Source: Escherichia coli (GTDB lineage Bacteria; Pseudomonadota; Gammaproteobacteria; Enterobacterales; Enterobacteriaceae). From it: a stretch of DNA of 64,000 bases. The notes beneath the pieces were generated by a model that saw only the letters and a program-made list of their open reading frames with translations, did not search any database and was not told where the DNA came from. A program made the translations under genes and the position numbers. Of this stretch, positions 20,131 through 30,433 are shown one piece after another (position 1 is the stretch's first letter; every line of letters starts with the position of its first letter). The stretch lies in NCBI RefSeq assembly GCF_016903815.1, contig NZ_CP069973.1. The stretch is one strand, 5' to 3'.

Positions 20131-21206
20131 AACAGATATTGCGCGTTATTAACGGAAAGTGTTGGGTTATTGATGCTGGTGCTGGCACGTGACAGTGCTG
20201 CACATGCCATCGCAAAGTGAGCACTTTCCTGGAAACTACTTCCTTCCAGAAAACTGTAAAGCAGACCTGCCATAAAGCCATCATCTGCACCAAAGCTGTC
20301 CACAACGGCATGAACGGGCGGTGTGAGCAGAAATTGTTCTCCCTCTCTTTGGCTACAGAAAACGGATTCATCTCCCATCCAGACAAAAATCTGTTGCACA
20401 CCCTGCTGATGTAGTGCGTTCACTGCGGTGAGTAGATCGGTCTCATTGTTGACAGGGGAACCCCATAATATCTCCAGTTCTTTTTGTGTGGGTTTCAGGG
20501 TATGGATATGCGGAAGCCAGTTTTTTACATTAACAGCCTTAAATTTCGACACTGTATCAATAAAAACGGGAATGCCGTCAGCGACCGTAAAGATCCATTC
20601 AAGGGCGGCAGGTGTCAGATTACAGTCAGCCAGCACCACGCCAGCGTGACGGATTAACATACGTGAGGCGTCCAGCAACTGCGGCGTCAGTTGTTGCAGA
20701 ATATGGGTATCATTAATCGCCATCACTGTTTCTGCCTGTAGGTCGGCGATGGAGACATAAGTTGAAGTATTTTGTCCGTTCAGTCGAATACAATTGGTGA
20801 CATTAACGCCGGCCAGGCGGGTCTGCTCCAGTAATGTTTCGCCATAAAAATCATTGCCTACAGCAGATATCAGATGCACATTGCGGCCCAGAAGGGCGAG
20901 ATTATGGGCGATGTTGCGTCCGACACCTCCGGCAGAGCAGTAAATACTGCCCGGACTGGAGGATTTCTGTGGATAATGGATATCCGCCACCCCACGGATA
21001 TCCATGTTAATCGCCCCAAGAACAACACAGTATTCCTGTTCTGTCAGGATGTAGCCTTTCCCTTTAATCGCACCTTTGCGCATCAGATCCATAATGTGTG
21101 CAGCAACACGCGACCGACTGATTTGTAAAATCTCAGCAATTTCATTCTGCTGGATCAGTGGGTTGTGACGCAGGATCCTGAGTATCTCTTTTTCTCTGTT
21201 GTCCAT
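20112..21206 (-). CDS. HTH-domain fused to PfkB-family kinase (YeiI-like)
   Basis: N-terminal winged-helix (ILRILRHNPLIQQNEIAEILQISRSRV) plus GGVGRNIAHNLALLG kinase motif. Confidence 0.75.
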   Translation of the reverse strand: MDNREKEILRILRHNPLIQQNEIAEILQISRSRVAAHIMDLMRKGAIKGKGYILTEQEYCVVLGAINMDIRGVADIHYPQKSSSPGSIYCSAGGVGRNIAHNLALLGRNVHLISAVGNDFYGETLLEQTRLAGVNVTNCIRLNGQNTSTYVSIADLQAETVMAINDTHILQQLTPQLLDASRMLIRHAGVVLADCNLTPAALEWIFTVADGIPVFIDTVSKFKAVNVKNWLPHIHTLKPTQKELEILWGSPVNNETDLLTAVNALHQQGVQQIFVWMGDESVFCSQREGEQFLLTPPVHAVVDSFGADDGFMAGLLYSFLEGSSFQESAHFAMACAALSRASTSINNPTLSVNNAQYLLKTSRG

Positions 21207-21643
21207 GATTATGCAACTGCCTGTTCGGTTTTTCGTCAGCGATCATCAAAGTAAATAGCTTCGTTTTTCCCGGTGAACGTGAAGCTAGGGGAGATTATAC
21301 TTCCAGATGTTCATTCAGGGCAGAAGAATAATACATCAGTTAATTTTCTGTTAGTACTTTGTAGTCGAATGTTTGGGGAGTGTGTCTGAATGACAGCCAG
21401 ATGGAATGACTTTTTGTAGCCAGGTCATGACTACGACTCATACGCTATTCTTAATTCTTATTTCTTTCCATTATACGCAAGTATTTTTAATTTAGGTTTA
21501 TTACTATAATTATATTCACTTTGTCTTTATTCACTCTGTTTTTACTTACTCTCTATCTTTACTCATTCCATTACTCTGACCCTCACCCGATTATACTTAC
21601 TCCCTTCCTTGTCTAATCTTCATTGCCACCATTATCATGGTAT

Positions 21644-21697
21644 CCACCTTCTCCACCTTCTCCACCTTCTCCACCTTCTCCACCTTCTCCACCTTCT
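21644..21697. repeat. Tandem repeat, 9-bp unit CCACCTTCT x 6
   Basis: Counted directly in sequence; lies in a 1.3-kb AT-rich region without a convincing ORF. Confidence 0.9.
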
Positions 21698-22533
21698 CCT
21701 TCATTCAATCATAACTACTGTAATTCATACGATACTCAGATAAGTTATTTTACTACGTTGTTGCTAATATCTACCTGTTATCAGTCTTCACTGAAACAGC
21801 AATTGATTTTAGTCATTATCCATAATGAACTGTATTGACTTAACGATGATTGTTGTTGACCTGAAGTGTTTTAACTATTCTGGTAAATATCAATACTTCT
21901 GTCATCACTGATTAACTGGATGTTTACTCTTTGATAAGGTATCCATGATTTCGTCATGTTTAACAGCGCAGGATAAACAATGAAATTAACAGAGTGAATT
22001 CCTGATTATATTTGTTCGTTTCTGATTATCTTGTATGTTAAACAAAATGAAAATTATCCATCCATGGTATATTTTATTCTGGTGCCGTGTACCCGTTAAC
22101 GCTCATGTTTTGAAGTGAGTTGTTTTTAACAGATTAAATGAGAGTGTATGATTTTATCAGGTTACAGATATGTGTTGGCCTTGTACACGTTTTTGCAGAC
22201 TCACTGAGAGCAAGTTTGTAGTTTATGATGTGATTGGTCGCAATATGTTTCTTAATCTCCAGGTAGTGGGGTTTTAGCTCGTATTTTACAGTATTTCGTG
22301 ATGTTTTATTGAGTCTGTATTTTCTTTACTCCTCGTTTATCTCATCTCTTTAGCTAATACCATCAGATAATCCATTTCTTTCTGCATAATGCTGCGTATC
22401 GTTAATAACCCGTCGTATCCATTCTGCTACAGCATGCCTGATAAATACCATCTGTAAGTTATTACCGTTATGAGCGAAAGCATTAATTCGTTCACAGAGC
22501 TTAAAACATCATTAACTTTCAGGAGTCATCAAC

Positions 22534-23100
22534 ATGCCTAAATCTTACACACCAAACTGGTTTTTTACCGCTTTACTTGACAATCACATCAATCAAATGA
22601 TGGCACGCTATTCCTGCCTGCGGGCCTTACGGATGGATTTCTTCTACAGGAAAGATACGCCCGATTTCTTACAACCTGATCATCGCTGGCTTGAATTGCA
22701 GTTGCGTATGCTGCTGGAGCAGGTGGAACAATTTGAAAATATCGTTGGTTTCTTCTGGGTGATTGAATGGACGGCTGATCATGGTTTTCATGCGCATGCG
22801 GTTTTGTGGATCGATCGTCAGAGGGTTAAAAAAATATATCCCTTTGCGGAGCGGATTACGGAATGCTGGCGGTCTATTACACATAACAGCGGTTCGGCAC
22901 ACCGCTGTACATATCAGCCGCATTATACATACAACATCAACATTCCTGTGCGCCACAACGATCCTGAAAGCATCGATAATATTCGCGGTGCCCTGCATTA
23001 TCTGGCAAAAGAAGAGCAAAAAGACGGGCTGTGTGCCTATGGCTGCAATGAAGTTCCTGAACGTCCTGCTGCAGGGCGTCCTCGTAACCCTCACTTCTGA
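22534..23100 (+). CDS. YagK/YfjJ-family protein (Inovirus Gp2-like)
   Basis: 188-aa ORF with family resemblance; from memory. Confidence 0.5.
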   Translation: MPKSYTPNWFFTALLDNHINQMMARYSCLRALRMDFFYRKDTPDFLQPDHRWLELQLRMLLEQVEQFENIVGFFWVIEWTADHGFHAHAVLWIDRQRVKKIYPFAERITECWRSITHNSGSAHRCTYQPHYTYNINIPVRHNDPESIDNIRGALHYLAKEEQKDGLCAYGCNEVPERPAAGRPRNPHF

Positions 23101-23327
23101 AGCTTAAATCCTGAGCTTCCTGTCCTGGAAACATTCCGTCGGTAAAACCTTACCACCTTGCTTAATGATGTGAACTGAAGTCAACGGAGATCATTCACTC
23201 TTAACCACATCCGGTGTTCTGTCCCTTGTCGGTGACCTGATCTTCCCGTTCTGCTTCGGTTCTTCACTTATTCCATCAACCCCATCCGCAAGCTATAACA
23301 CGTCAGCTCATTCACGGGCAGGACGCA

Positions 23328-23933
23328 TTGTGGGCTGCGCATAACGGAGCATATCTTATGAATGCTATCCCTTATTTCGACTATAGCCTAGCACCCTTCT
23401 GGCCGTCTTATCAGAACAAAATCATCGGTGTCCTTGAGCGTGCGCTGCGTGAGCAGTCCGGCTCCCGGATACGACGGATCCTGCTTCGTCTGCCATGTGA
23501 ATATGACCGTACCTTCAGCAGCAGAAAGATCTGGTTCGGTATGGACTTTATCGAAACCGTCAGTGCGCTGATGAATGCAACACCTGGACGAGATCTCTGC
23601 TGGCTCCTGACCCGTCATCCTGAAAAGCCGGAATACCACGTGGTGCTGTGTGTCAGACAGGAGTATTTCGACGGCCCTGAACTGGACCGGCTGATTCTGG
23701 ATGCCTGGAGCAACGTACTGGGCTTCGCGTCACCGGGTGAAGCAAAGCAGTATCAGAAGCAGATCACCCGGGATGTGGTGCTGGACAGTCGTTCACCGGA
23801 CTGTGAAAACATCCTCAAAGAGTTGATATGGGCGTTCAGTGATTTCGCCCGCGATCGTCGTGGTGTGTGCGATCCGGAAGCCCGTTGCCTCGCCGGTAAT
23901 CCCGGCTATCCCGGATCTGCAGGACCGTTCTGA
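23328..23933 (+). CDS. Hypothetical protein, possibly a second YagK/YfjJ-like paralog; start may be the Met at 23358
   Basis: ORF adjacent to the YagK-like gene and AlpA. Confidence 0.45.
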   Translation: MWAAHNGAYLMNAIPYFDYSLAPFWPSYQNKIIGVLERALREQSGSRIRRILLRLPCEYDRTFSSRKIWFGMDFIETVSALMNATPGRDLCWLLTRHPEKPEYHVVLCVRQEYFDGPELDRLILDAWSNVLGFASPGEAKQYQKQITRDVVLDSRSPDCENILKELIWAFSDFARDRRGVCDPEARCLAGNPGYPGSAGPF

Positions 23934-24001
23934 AAGCTCGGTTCAGCATCTTTCCCTGCATTCGCACAAACTTCATAAATCTCACAAAGGACATTCTGAC
24001 C

Positions 24002-24235
24002 ATGTTGACCACAACAAGCCACGACAGCGTGTTACTGCGTGCCGACGATCCCCTGATCGACATGAACTACATCACCAGTTTCACCGGTATGACCGATAAA
24101 TGGTTTTACAAGCTGATCAGTGAAGGTCATTTCCCTAAACCCATCAAACTGGGGCGCAGCAGCCGCTGGTACAAAAGTGAAGTGGAGCAGTGGATGCAGC
24201 AGCGAATTGAGGAATCACGAGGAGCAGCAGCATGA
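24002..24235 (+). CDS. alpA: AlpA-family phage regulatory protein (MerR-like HTH)
   Basis: MNYITSFTGMTDKWFYKLISEGHFPKPIKLGRSSRWYKSEVEQW matches the AlpA pattern. Confidence 0.75.
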   Translation: MLTTTSHDSVLLRADDPLIDMNYITSFTGMTDKWFYKLISEGHFPKPIKLGRSSRWYKSEVEQWMQQRIEESRGAAA

Positions 24236-24357
24236 AACGTGTTGCAATGCCGGCGCTGGTATTGCGGAAATCAGCCCTGTCCCCGATGCTGGCGACACTC
24301 CCGCTCATCTTTCTGCTGACTCCTCTGGTCTGCCAACTGTTTGTCATCATTTCCTGA
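24232..24357 (+). CDS. Putative 41-aa hydrophobic peptide translationally coupled to alpA (ATGA overlap)
   Basis: ATG at 24232 overlaps the alpA stop; AGGAG-like motif upstream; below the ORF-track size cutoff. Confidence 0.3.
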   Translation: MKRVAMPALVLRKSALSPMLATLPLIFLLTPLVCQLFVIIS

Positions 24358-24526
24358 CTGATTCGTCATTCCCTTCGTCCCGCCAGTCACTGGTGTTTGT
24401 ATCGTACCGTCCGGTGTTGATGTGCGTTTTCCGTGTGTCTGCACCGGCTTAACAAAATTCAACAGGGTTTGAAAAGGAACATTTCGTGCAAATAACCGAA
24501 GCCTTAATTTCAGAGCCGGGAGACAT

Positions 24527-24891
24527 CCGGCGTTTTGTTCAGCAGGCGCTGGAGTTCTTTAATCTGCTTCATGGCAGCAGCAAGTTCAGAGGCAGGAACG
24601 ACCTGTTCTCCTGCGGCCACAGCAGTAAGACTTCCCTCCTGGTATTGCTTGCGCCAGAGAAATAACTGGCTGGCTGCCACACCGTGTTGCCGGGCAACAA
24701 GGGAGACCGTCATTCCCGGTTCAAAGCTCTGCTGAACAATAGCGATCTTTTCCTGTGTAGTACGCCGTCTGCGTTTCTCCGGTCCTAAGACATCAATCAT
24801 CTGTTCTCCAATGACTAGTCTAAAAACTAGTATTAAGACTATCACTTATTTAAGTGATATTGGTTGTCTGGAGATTCTGGGGGCTAGTCTA
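24527..24891 (-). mobile_element. IS2 fragment (left end with truncated insC)
   Basis: Near-identical to the IS2 left end seen intact at 53024; InsC translation diverges after LQRLL; terminal GGGGGCTAGTCTA. Confidence 0.85.
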
Positions 24892-24939
24892 GTTTTAAAA
24901 CGCCCCCTGCCGTATCAGAACTGGGGAATGCTACAGGGT

Positions 24940-26048
24940 TTGACCTGTTCCTCGAGGATCGTAGCGGAGCTGGCCATGAAAAAATGATCCAGGCCCGAAA
25001 TCAGCTTCTTGCTGAAGCGGCGAAAAGTCCAGCGTTAAACATGGTTCGTCCTAACGGCATGAACGATGAGCCTCAGTTCCAGATTCTGATTGATGACGAG
25101 AAAGTTCAGGCGCTTAAACTGAGCATGAGCGACGTCGACAACATAATGTCAGCAGCCTGGGGTTCGATGTATGTAAATGATTTTAACGATCGTGGACGGG
25201 TGAAAAAAGTCTATATTTAGGGCGAACCCGGCTCACGTATATCACCGCAGGATTTTGATAAATGGTATGTCCGTAACAGTGATGGCGACATGGTTTCCTT
25301 TGCCTCTTTTGCAACAGGCAAATGGATTTATGGCTCACCAAAACTGGAGCAATATAATGGTATCTCTGCTGTCGAAATCCTGGGGGAACCGGCACCAGGA
25401 TACAGTTCCGGGGATGCAATGAAAGCAATTGAGGATATTGCGGCAAGACTTCCCGAAGGTTTCCATATTTCCTGGACAGGTTTGTCTTTTGAGGAACGAC
25501 TTTCAGGTTCTCAGGCTCCTGCACTATATGCACTTTCACTGTTGATCGTCTTTCTGTGTCTGGCTGCACTGTATGAAAGCTGGAGCATTCCTTTCTCGGT
25601 CATGCTGGTTGTTCCGCTTGGTGTCCTGAGGGCTGTCTGTGCTACTTTGTTGCGCGGCCTTGGTAACGATGTCTTTTTCCAGGTCGGTTTATTAACAACA
25701 ATAGGGCTGTCTGCGAAAAATGCCATACTTATCGTGGAGTTTGCTCGTGAATTGCATGAGAAAGAAGGACTAAGCATTAAAGAGGCTGCTGTTGAAGCGG
25801 CGAGAGTGAGGTTAAGACCGATAATTATGACTTCGCTGGCATTTGTAATGGGGGTTATCCCACTGGCTGTCTCGACTGGAGCAAGTTCCGGAAGTAAACA
25901 TGCCATCGGTACTGGTGTGGTTGGAGGGATGATCACTGCTACGATACTGGCAATCTTTTATATTCCTCTCTTCTATATGTTAATTGCCGGGTTCTTCAGC
26001 CGCAGAAATAAGAAATCATCGGATAAGACTGAAGCTGAGCAATCATAA
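24940..26048 (+). pseudogene. RND efflux transporter (AcrB/MdtF family), 3' portion only, with in-frame TAG at 25218..25220
   Basis: Translation aligns to the C-terminal third of AcrB-like pumps in one frame across the stop; 5' end removed at the IS2 fragment. Confidence 0.8.
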
Positions 26049-26147
26049 GCATGAGTAAATATTCAGGTGCAGTAAACAACATACTGCGCCTGAGTAAATG
26101 GCTGTTGGGTTGGTACTAAATGCCCCAGAGATATTTCCTGAAATAAG

Positions 26148-26819
26148 ATGTCAATGGAGATTTCAACAGTGGTGCGGCACACAAAATTTGCAGCGGAAGA
26201 AACCCGCAAACAAATCCTGGATGCGGCAGAGTTCTGCTTTTGTGAGACGGGCTTTTCGAAGACGACACTGGAGATGATTGCGGTGCGCGCAGGTTGTACT
26301 CGGGGGGCCATATACTGGTATTTCAACGAAAAAAAAGATCTTCTGCGACAAGTCATCGAGCGGGTACCACTATCATTATTTGATGAGCTTACAGCCATCA
26401 AAAATGGGAGAGTTTCTGAACCGGTTAAAGCGATGTATCGTTGCTTATCACGTAGCCTGATTAAATTACAATATAATGTACACTTACGGAATGTAATTTA
26501 TATTGTGTTTTTTTGTGAAGAATGTCCGGATGATATAAGAATAAATTTCTTACAAAAAATGGTGGATGTCAATAATTTTGTGAAATTACTATGTTATATT
26601 TTCGAAAAAGGTAAGTTATATAGAGAAATATGTTCGGAAATTCGTAGTGAGGCTCTGGCGTTCCTGCTTTTTTCTTTGTTTACGGGGGTGGTGCGAAGTT
26701 GCATTCTGCAACCTGATAATAAATCCCTTTTCAGAGAGGGTTGCATAGTACTGGAGTTGACCCAATCAACCTTCACAGGCATCGATAAAAATGAACGCTA
26801 CTATAAAAAACAGCGCTGA
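26148..26819 (+). CDS. TetR-family transcriptional regulator
   Basis: N-terminal TetR HTH (RKQILDAAEFCFCETGFSKTTLEMIAVRAGCTRGAIYWYF). Confidence 0.75.
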   Translation: MSMEISTVVRHTKFAAEETRKQILDAAEFCFCETGFSKTTLEMIAVRAGCTRGAIYWYFNEKKDLLRQVIERVPLSLFDELTAIKNGRVSEPVKAMYRCLSRSLIKLQYNVHLRNVIYIVFFCEECPDDIRINFLQKMVDVNNFVKLLCYIFEKGKLYREICSEIRSEALAFLLFSLFTGVVRSCILQPDNKSLFREGCIVLELTQSTFTGIDKNERYYKKQR

Positions 26820-26937
26820 TATCAATGAGCTTGCTAAATGAATTGATGAAAATCTTGAGGTAGAACTCTCAATAAATATTGAGGCAAAAAAGCTGGATAT
26901 TCAAAATGGTATTTACAGAAATTGTTTAAACATATCA

Positions 26938-27135
26938 TTGGTATTTCTATTGGTAGGTATATTAATAAATGCAGCAGAAGAACTACGTTCTACTACTGAA
27001 TCGGTCACGACTATCACTTTTAAATATCAGTTTGATTTTCAGCAGACATTTACAAGGGCATTTACTCGCCGCTTTGGTATAGCTCCTATTGCATACCGAA
27101 AACTCGCTAAGGAAGAAGTGAGATGGAATAGTTAG
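26938..27135 (+). pseudogene. AraC-family regulator, C-terminal HTH fragment
   Basis: FTRAFTRRFGIAPIAYRK resembles the second AraC helix; upstream frame is broken. Confidence 0.45.
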
Positions 27136-27444
27136 TTATGTAAGCGTTATTTACTTAAGCGTGGATATATAAGAATGGTATTATCAATATGTTGCTCATG
27201 AGTTTTTAATAGCATATAGGCTTGTTAACATAGCCCAGCAATATAATTTGCAGTGGGAGCAGGTATGCATACAGAACAGTGGGCGAGGACGAGCGTCCCT
27301 TTTCGAACAAGGTAGCAAAAGAGGAAGAAGAAAGACAAATACAACTGGGCCTGAAAGGGTAGTGTTTAAGCCCCCTTTCAGGGGGCCGTGTCAAAGCCGC
27401 CCGCTATGCAGATGGTTTTTTACTTTATCTGTTAAGCAAAAAAA

Positions 27445-27474
27445 TGCCGCGATAAAGAAATTGTTATCGCGGCA
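27445..27474 (-). terminator. Rho-independent terminator ending the microcompartment operon
   Basis: 10-bp stem GCCGCGATAA/TTATCGCGGC followed by a T7 run on the minus strand. Confidence 0.65.
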
Positions 27475-27491
27475 GCGTCATAGCAATTTAC

Positions 27492-28037
27492 TTATTTTTT
27501 CTTGCCGCTGGAACGAGGACCTTTCTTTGCTGCCTCCTGCGGTACATCAGATTTTGTAGGTTTAGTGTTTTCTATTGAGGGTTTAACCGGTTGATGCTGC
27601 TCCATGGACTTCAGCGTTTCATCAGTGACATCCATACAGGATGCGCTGATTGACGTATCAAGGTTAACCACCGGGAATGTCTGTGAAGGCGCGTTTTCAG
27701 CCTGCAGTGTCGGTTGTGCAGCAGGCACTTCAGGTTGAGGTTCTGCGACGCCGGCGGTCACTTTAGAGTGAATAATCTGCTCGATATGCTGCGCGGTGCG
27801 GGCGATCACCTTATGGGCATACACCTCGCCAACCCGGCTTGCCGCGCTGATGGCTGCCGCTACCGCCGCGTTAATTGCGCCCACTTCCCCTTCCAGCTTC
27901 ACGGTCACCATCCCGCCGCCTTTCGTCAATTCATAGCCTACCAGACTAACGTTAGCGGATTTCATTGCGGCATCGGCGGCTTCTACCGCCGCAGACATCC
28001 CGACGGTTTCGATTAAGCCTAAACTTTTCCCAGACAT
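27492..28037 (-). CDS. BMC-H shell protein (PduA/EutM fold) with a long C-terminal extension (PduK-like)
   Basis: MSGKSLGLIETVGMSAAVEAADAAMKSANVSLVGYE... canonical BMC domain; start at internal Met with AGGAGA upstream. Confidence 0.85.
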   Translation of the reverse strand: MSGKSLGLIETVGMSAAVEAADAAMKSANVSLVGYELTKGGGMVTVKLEGEVGAINAAVAAAISAASRVGEVYAHKVIARTAQHIEQIIHSKVTAGVAEPQPEVPAAQPTLQAENAPSQTFPVVNLDTSISASCMDVTDETLKSMEQHQPVKPSIENTKPTKSDVPQEAAKKGPRSSGKKK

Positions 28038-28081
28038 AAATTTCTCCTGTAATAAATTCAACTGTGCTGCGCGTCGTCGGC

Positions 28082-29233
28082 TTAACGTCCAACGTCTTCG
28101 TATAATAGCGCCGCTTTGTCCGTAACTTCCCACGGAAAGCTGTCGCGACCAAAGTGACCATAGCAGGCTGTTTTACGATAGCGGGGGACCAGCAGATCAA
28201 GCGTAGTAATGATGCCGAACACGCTAAGATCGAAATGGCTGTTAACGCCTCTCAGCAACGCTTCAGATGACACTGTTTGTGTACCGAAGGTGTTAATCCT
28301 GACGGAAACAGGGCGGGGCAGGCCGATGGCCCATCCCAACTGGACTTCACAGCGTGAGGCAAGCCCAGCGGCGACGATGTTTTTCGCCACATAGCGAGCA
28401 GCGTAGGCGGCGGAACGATCGACTTTCGACGGATCTTTGCCTGAAAACGCGCCGCCGCCATGGCAAGCCGCGCCGCCATAGGTATCAACAATAATTTTAC
28501 GCCCCGTTAGCCCGCAGTCACCCACCGGCCCGCCAATCACAAAACTGCCTGCAGGGTTCACCAGAAAGCGGGTTTGTGGCGTGAGCCAGTGCGAAGGCAT
28601 CACAGGTTTAACAATTTCTTCGATGACCGCTTCCCGTAGCGCGTCCAGAGAAACGTCAGGGCTGTGTTGGGTAGACACCACAACGGTATCTACTGAATGA
28701 ACACGATTATCCTGATAGCGCAGGGTAACCTGGCTTTTGGCATCAGGGAGTAAAAATGGTAACCGTTGGGATTTACGCAACTGCGCCTGGCGCTCCATCA
28801 GACGATGGGCGTATACCAGCGTGGCGGGCATCAGTTCCGACGTTTCATCACAGGCGTAACCGAAGGTGATGCCCTGATCGCCCGCCCCCAGTTCTTCCAT
28901 CGAGTGGCCGCGAATGCCGTCAGCAATATTGGCGGACTGTTTGCCAAGGATATTTAATACACAGCAGGTATTGCCATCAAACCCCAATCGCGAATGGTCG
29001 TAACCAATCTCTTTTATGGTGTTGCGGACAATCTTCTCAATATCCACGGCGGCATGGGTAGATATTTCTCCGGCAACAATAGTGGCACCAGTTTTCACCA
29101 AGCATTCACAGGCAACCTTACCCCACGGGTCCTGTAGGAGTATCGCATCCAAAATGGCATCAGAAATTTGGTCCGCCATTTTATCGGGATGCCCTTCGGC
29201 AACGGATTCGGAGGTAAACAGGTAATCGTTCAA
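28082..29233 (-). CDS. S-adenosylmethionine synthetase (MetK paralog) embedded in the microcompartment locus
   Basis: [32 protein letters not shown]... and [19 protein letters not shown] motifs. Confidence 0.9.
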   Translation of the reverse strand: MNDYLFTSESVAEGHPDKMADQISDAILDAILLQDPWGKVACECLVKTGATIVAGEISTHAAVDIEKIVRNTIKEIGYDHSRLGFDGNTCCVLNILGKQSANIADGIRGHSMEELGAGDQGITFGYACDETSELMPATLVYAHRLMERQAQLRKSQRLPFLLPDAKSQVTLRYQDNRVHSVDTVVVSTQHSPDVSLDALREAVIEEIVKPVMPSHWLTPQTRFLVNPAGSFVIGGPVGDCGLTGRKIIVDTYGGAACHGGGAFSGKDPSKVDRSAAYAARYVAKNIVAAGLASRCEVQLGWAIGLPRPVSVRINTFGTQTVSSEALLRGVNSHFDLSVFGIITTLDLLVPRYRKTACYGHFGRDSFPWEVTDKAALLYEDVGR

Positions 29234-29361
29234 AGCGAGCCCACTTGTTTGGGAAGTTTATTCCTATCTTAGGATAGGAACCTGACAAGTGGGCGTAAAC
29301 TATCTTGCGGGCGTGTTGGACTATTTTGCTTTCATTATCGGGCCAATGCAAAATCACGCCA

Positions 29362-30417
29362 TCACCGTGTAATTCCCGGGGACACGACTTTTCGATAATC
29401 AGAGGGGGTCATGCCAGTATCTTTTTTGAAGATGCGGCAAAAATAGTTTGAATCCTGGTATGCCAGTTCCAGCGCAATGGTATTTACTTGTAAGTCACTG
29501 AACCGCAATAACGATTTGGCGATAGTAATTTTACGCGTGGCAATATAGTTCGAAAACCCGAACCCGGTAATTTTCTTAAAGGTACGGCTCAAATAGCAGG
29601 CACTGACAAACGATTTTGCTGCCACGTCATCGAGCGTCAAGTTTCTGAGAATATTTTTCTCAATATGGAATTTCGCTCGTTCGATAAAATCGATATTGCC
29701 TGTATAGCCTTTTAATGCGTAATCAAACAGTTCTTCGCTAATGGTCAGCAGGCTGATCATGATGCGGAAATAGCGGCTTTCCATCATGCCATACTGGTTG
29801 ATGTCTTTGATCAGCGCGGCGACTTTACGGTTAGTCGGCATTAACTTTTCCCCTTTGGCGGTCATATACTGGCTAACTATTTCCAGAAAATCGATCACGT
29901 CTTTGCGCTTATCCTCTTCTATCATATCCACCGGACAGGCACCGTTGATCGTGTCAAAAATAAAGTTGTGCCACTGGGTGTAATCGCAATCGTCTATCAT
30001 GGCGAACACTTTCTGTTTTAGGGCGCGGGATTTTTCATTTTCTCCTTCGTCGAATGCTAGGGTTTTTTTGATGGTGTCGGTCAAGATACATTTTTTCACT
30101 GGTTTGAGCAGATAATCATCCACTTTAAGGTTGTACATGCTGCGTACTATATCAAAGTCATCATTGGCCGTGATTACGATGATTTTAGTATCGCTGTTTT
30201 TTTTCTTCAGATATTCAATCACCTGTTTACCGTTCGGCAACGGAATATTAATATCCACTAAGATCATATTGATTTGACTCAGTTGGTCAATTAAGTGAAT
30301 CGCTTTTTTACCGGTTGAGGCTTCATGGATCGCAGCGTTTTCCACACACTGGGAGATAATCTGCCGCAGGGATTCTAATTCGATGGGCTCATCTTCAACG
30401 ATAACAATGGTAAACAT
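29362..30417 (-). CDS. Response regulator, REC domain plus AraC-type HTH output
   Basis: N-terminal receiver (IVIVEDEP ... LVDINIP) and C-terminal AraC HTH. Confidence 0.8.
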   Translation of the reverse strand: MFTIVIVEDEPIELESLRQIISQCVENAAIHEASTGKKAIHLIDQLSQINMILVDINIPLPNGKQVIEYLKKKNSDTKIIVITANDDFDIVRSMYNLKVDDYLLKPVKKCILTDTIKKTLAFDEGENEKSRALKQKVFAMIDDCDYTQWHNFIFDTINGACPVDMIEEDKRKDVIDFLEIVSQYMTAKGEKLMPTNRKVAALIKDINQYGMMESRYFRIMISLLTISEELFDYALKGYTGNIDFIERAKFHIEKNILRNLTLDDVAAKSFVSACYLSRTFKKITGFGFSNYIATRKITIAKSLLRFSDLQVNTIALELAYQDSNYFCRIFKKDTGMTPSDYRKVVSPGITR

Positions 30418-30433
30418 ATGTCTTTTTCCTGTA

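Noticed and set aside
21644-21697. CRISPR array
   Set aside because: The repeat units are 9 bp and contiguous with no spacers; no cas genes nearby.
21623-21838. 71-aa ORF encoding a PSPPSP repeat protein
   Set aside because: It is the in-frame translation of the 9-bp tandem repeat, needs a TTG start and lies in AT-rich non-coding DNA; more likely a repeat artefact than a gene.
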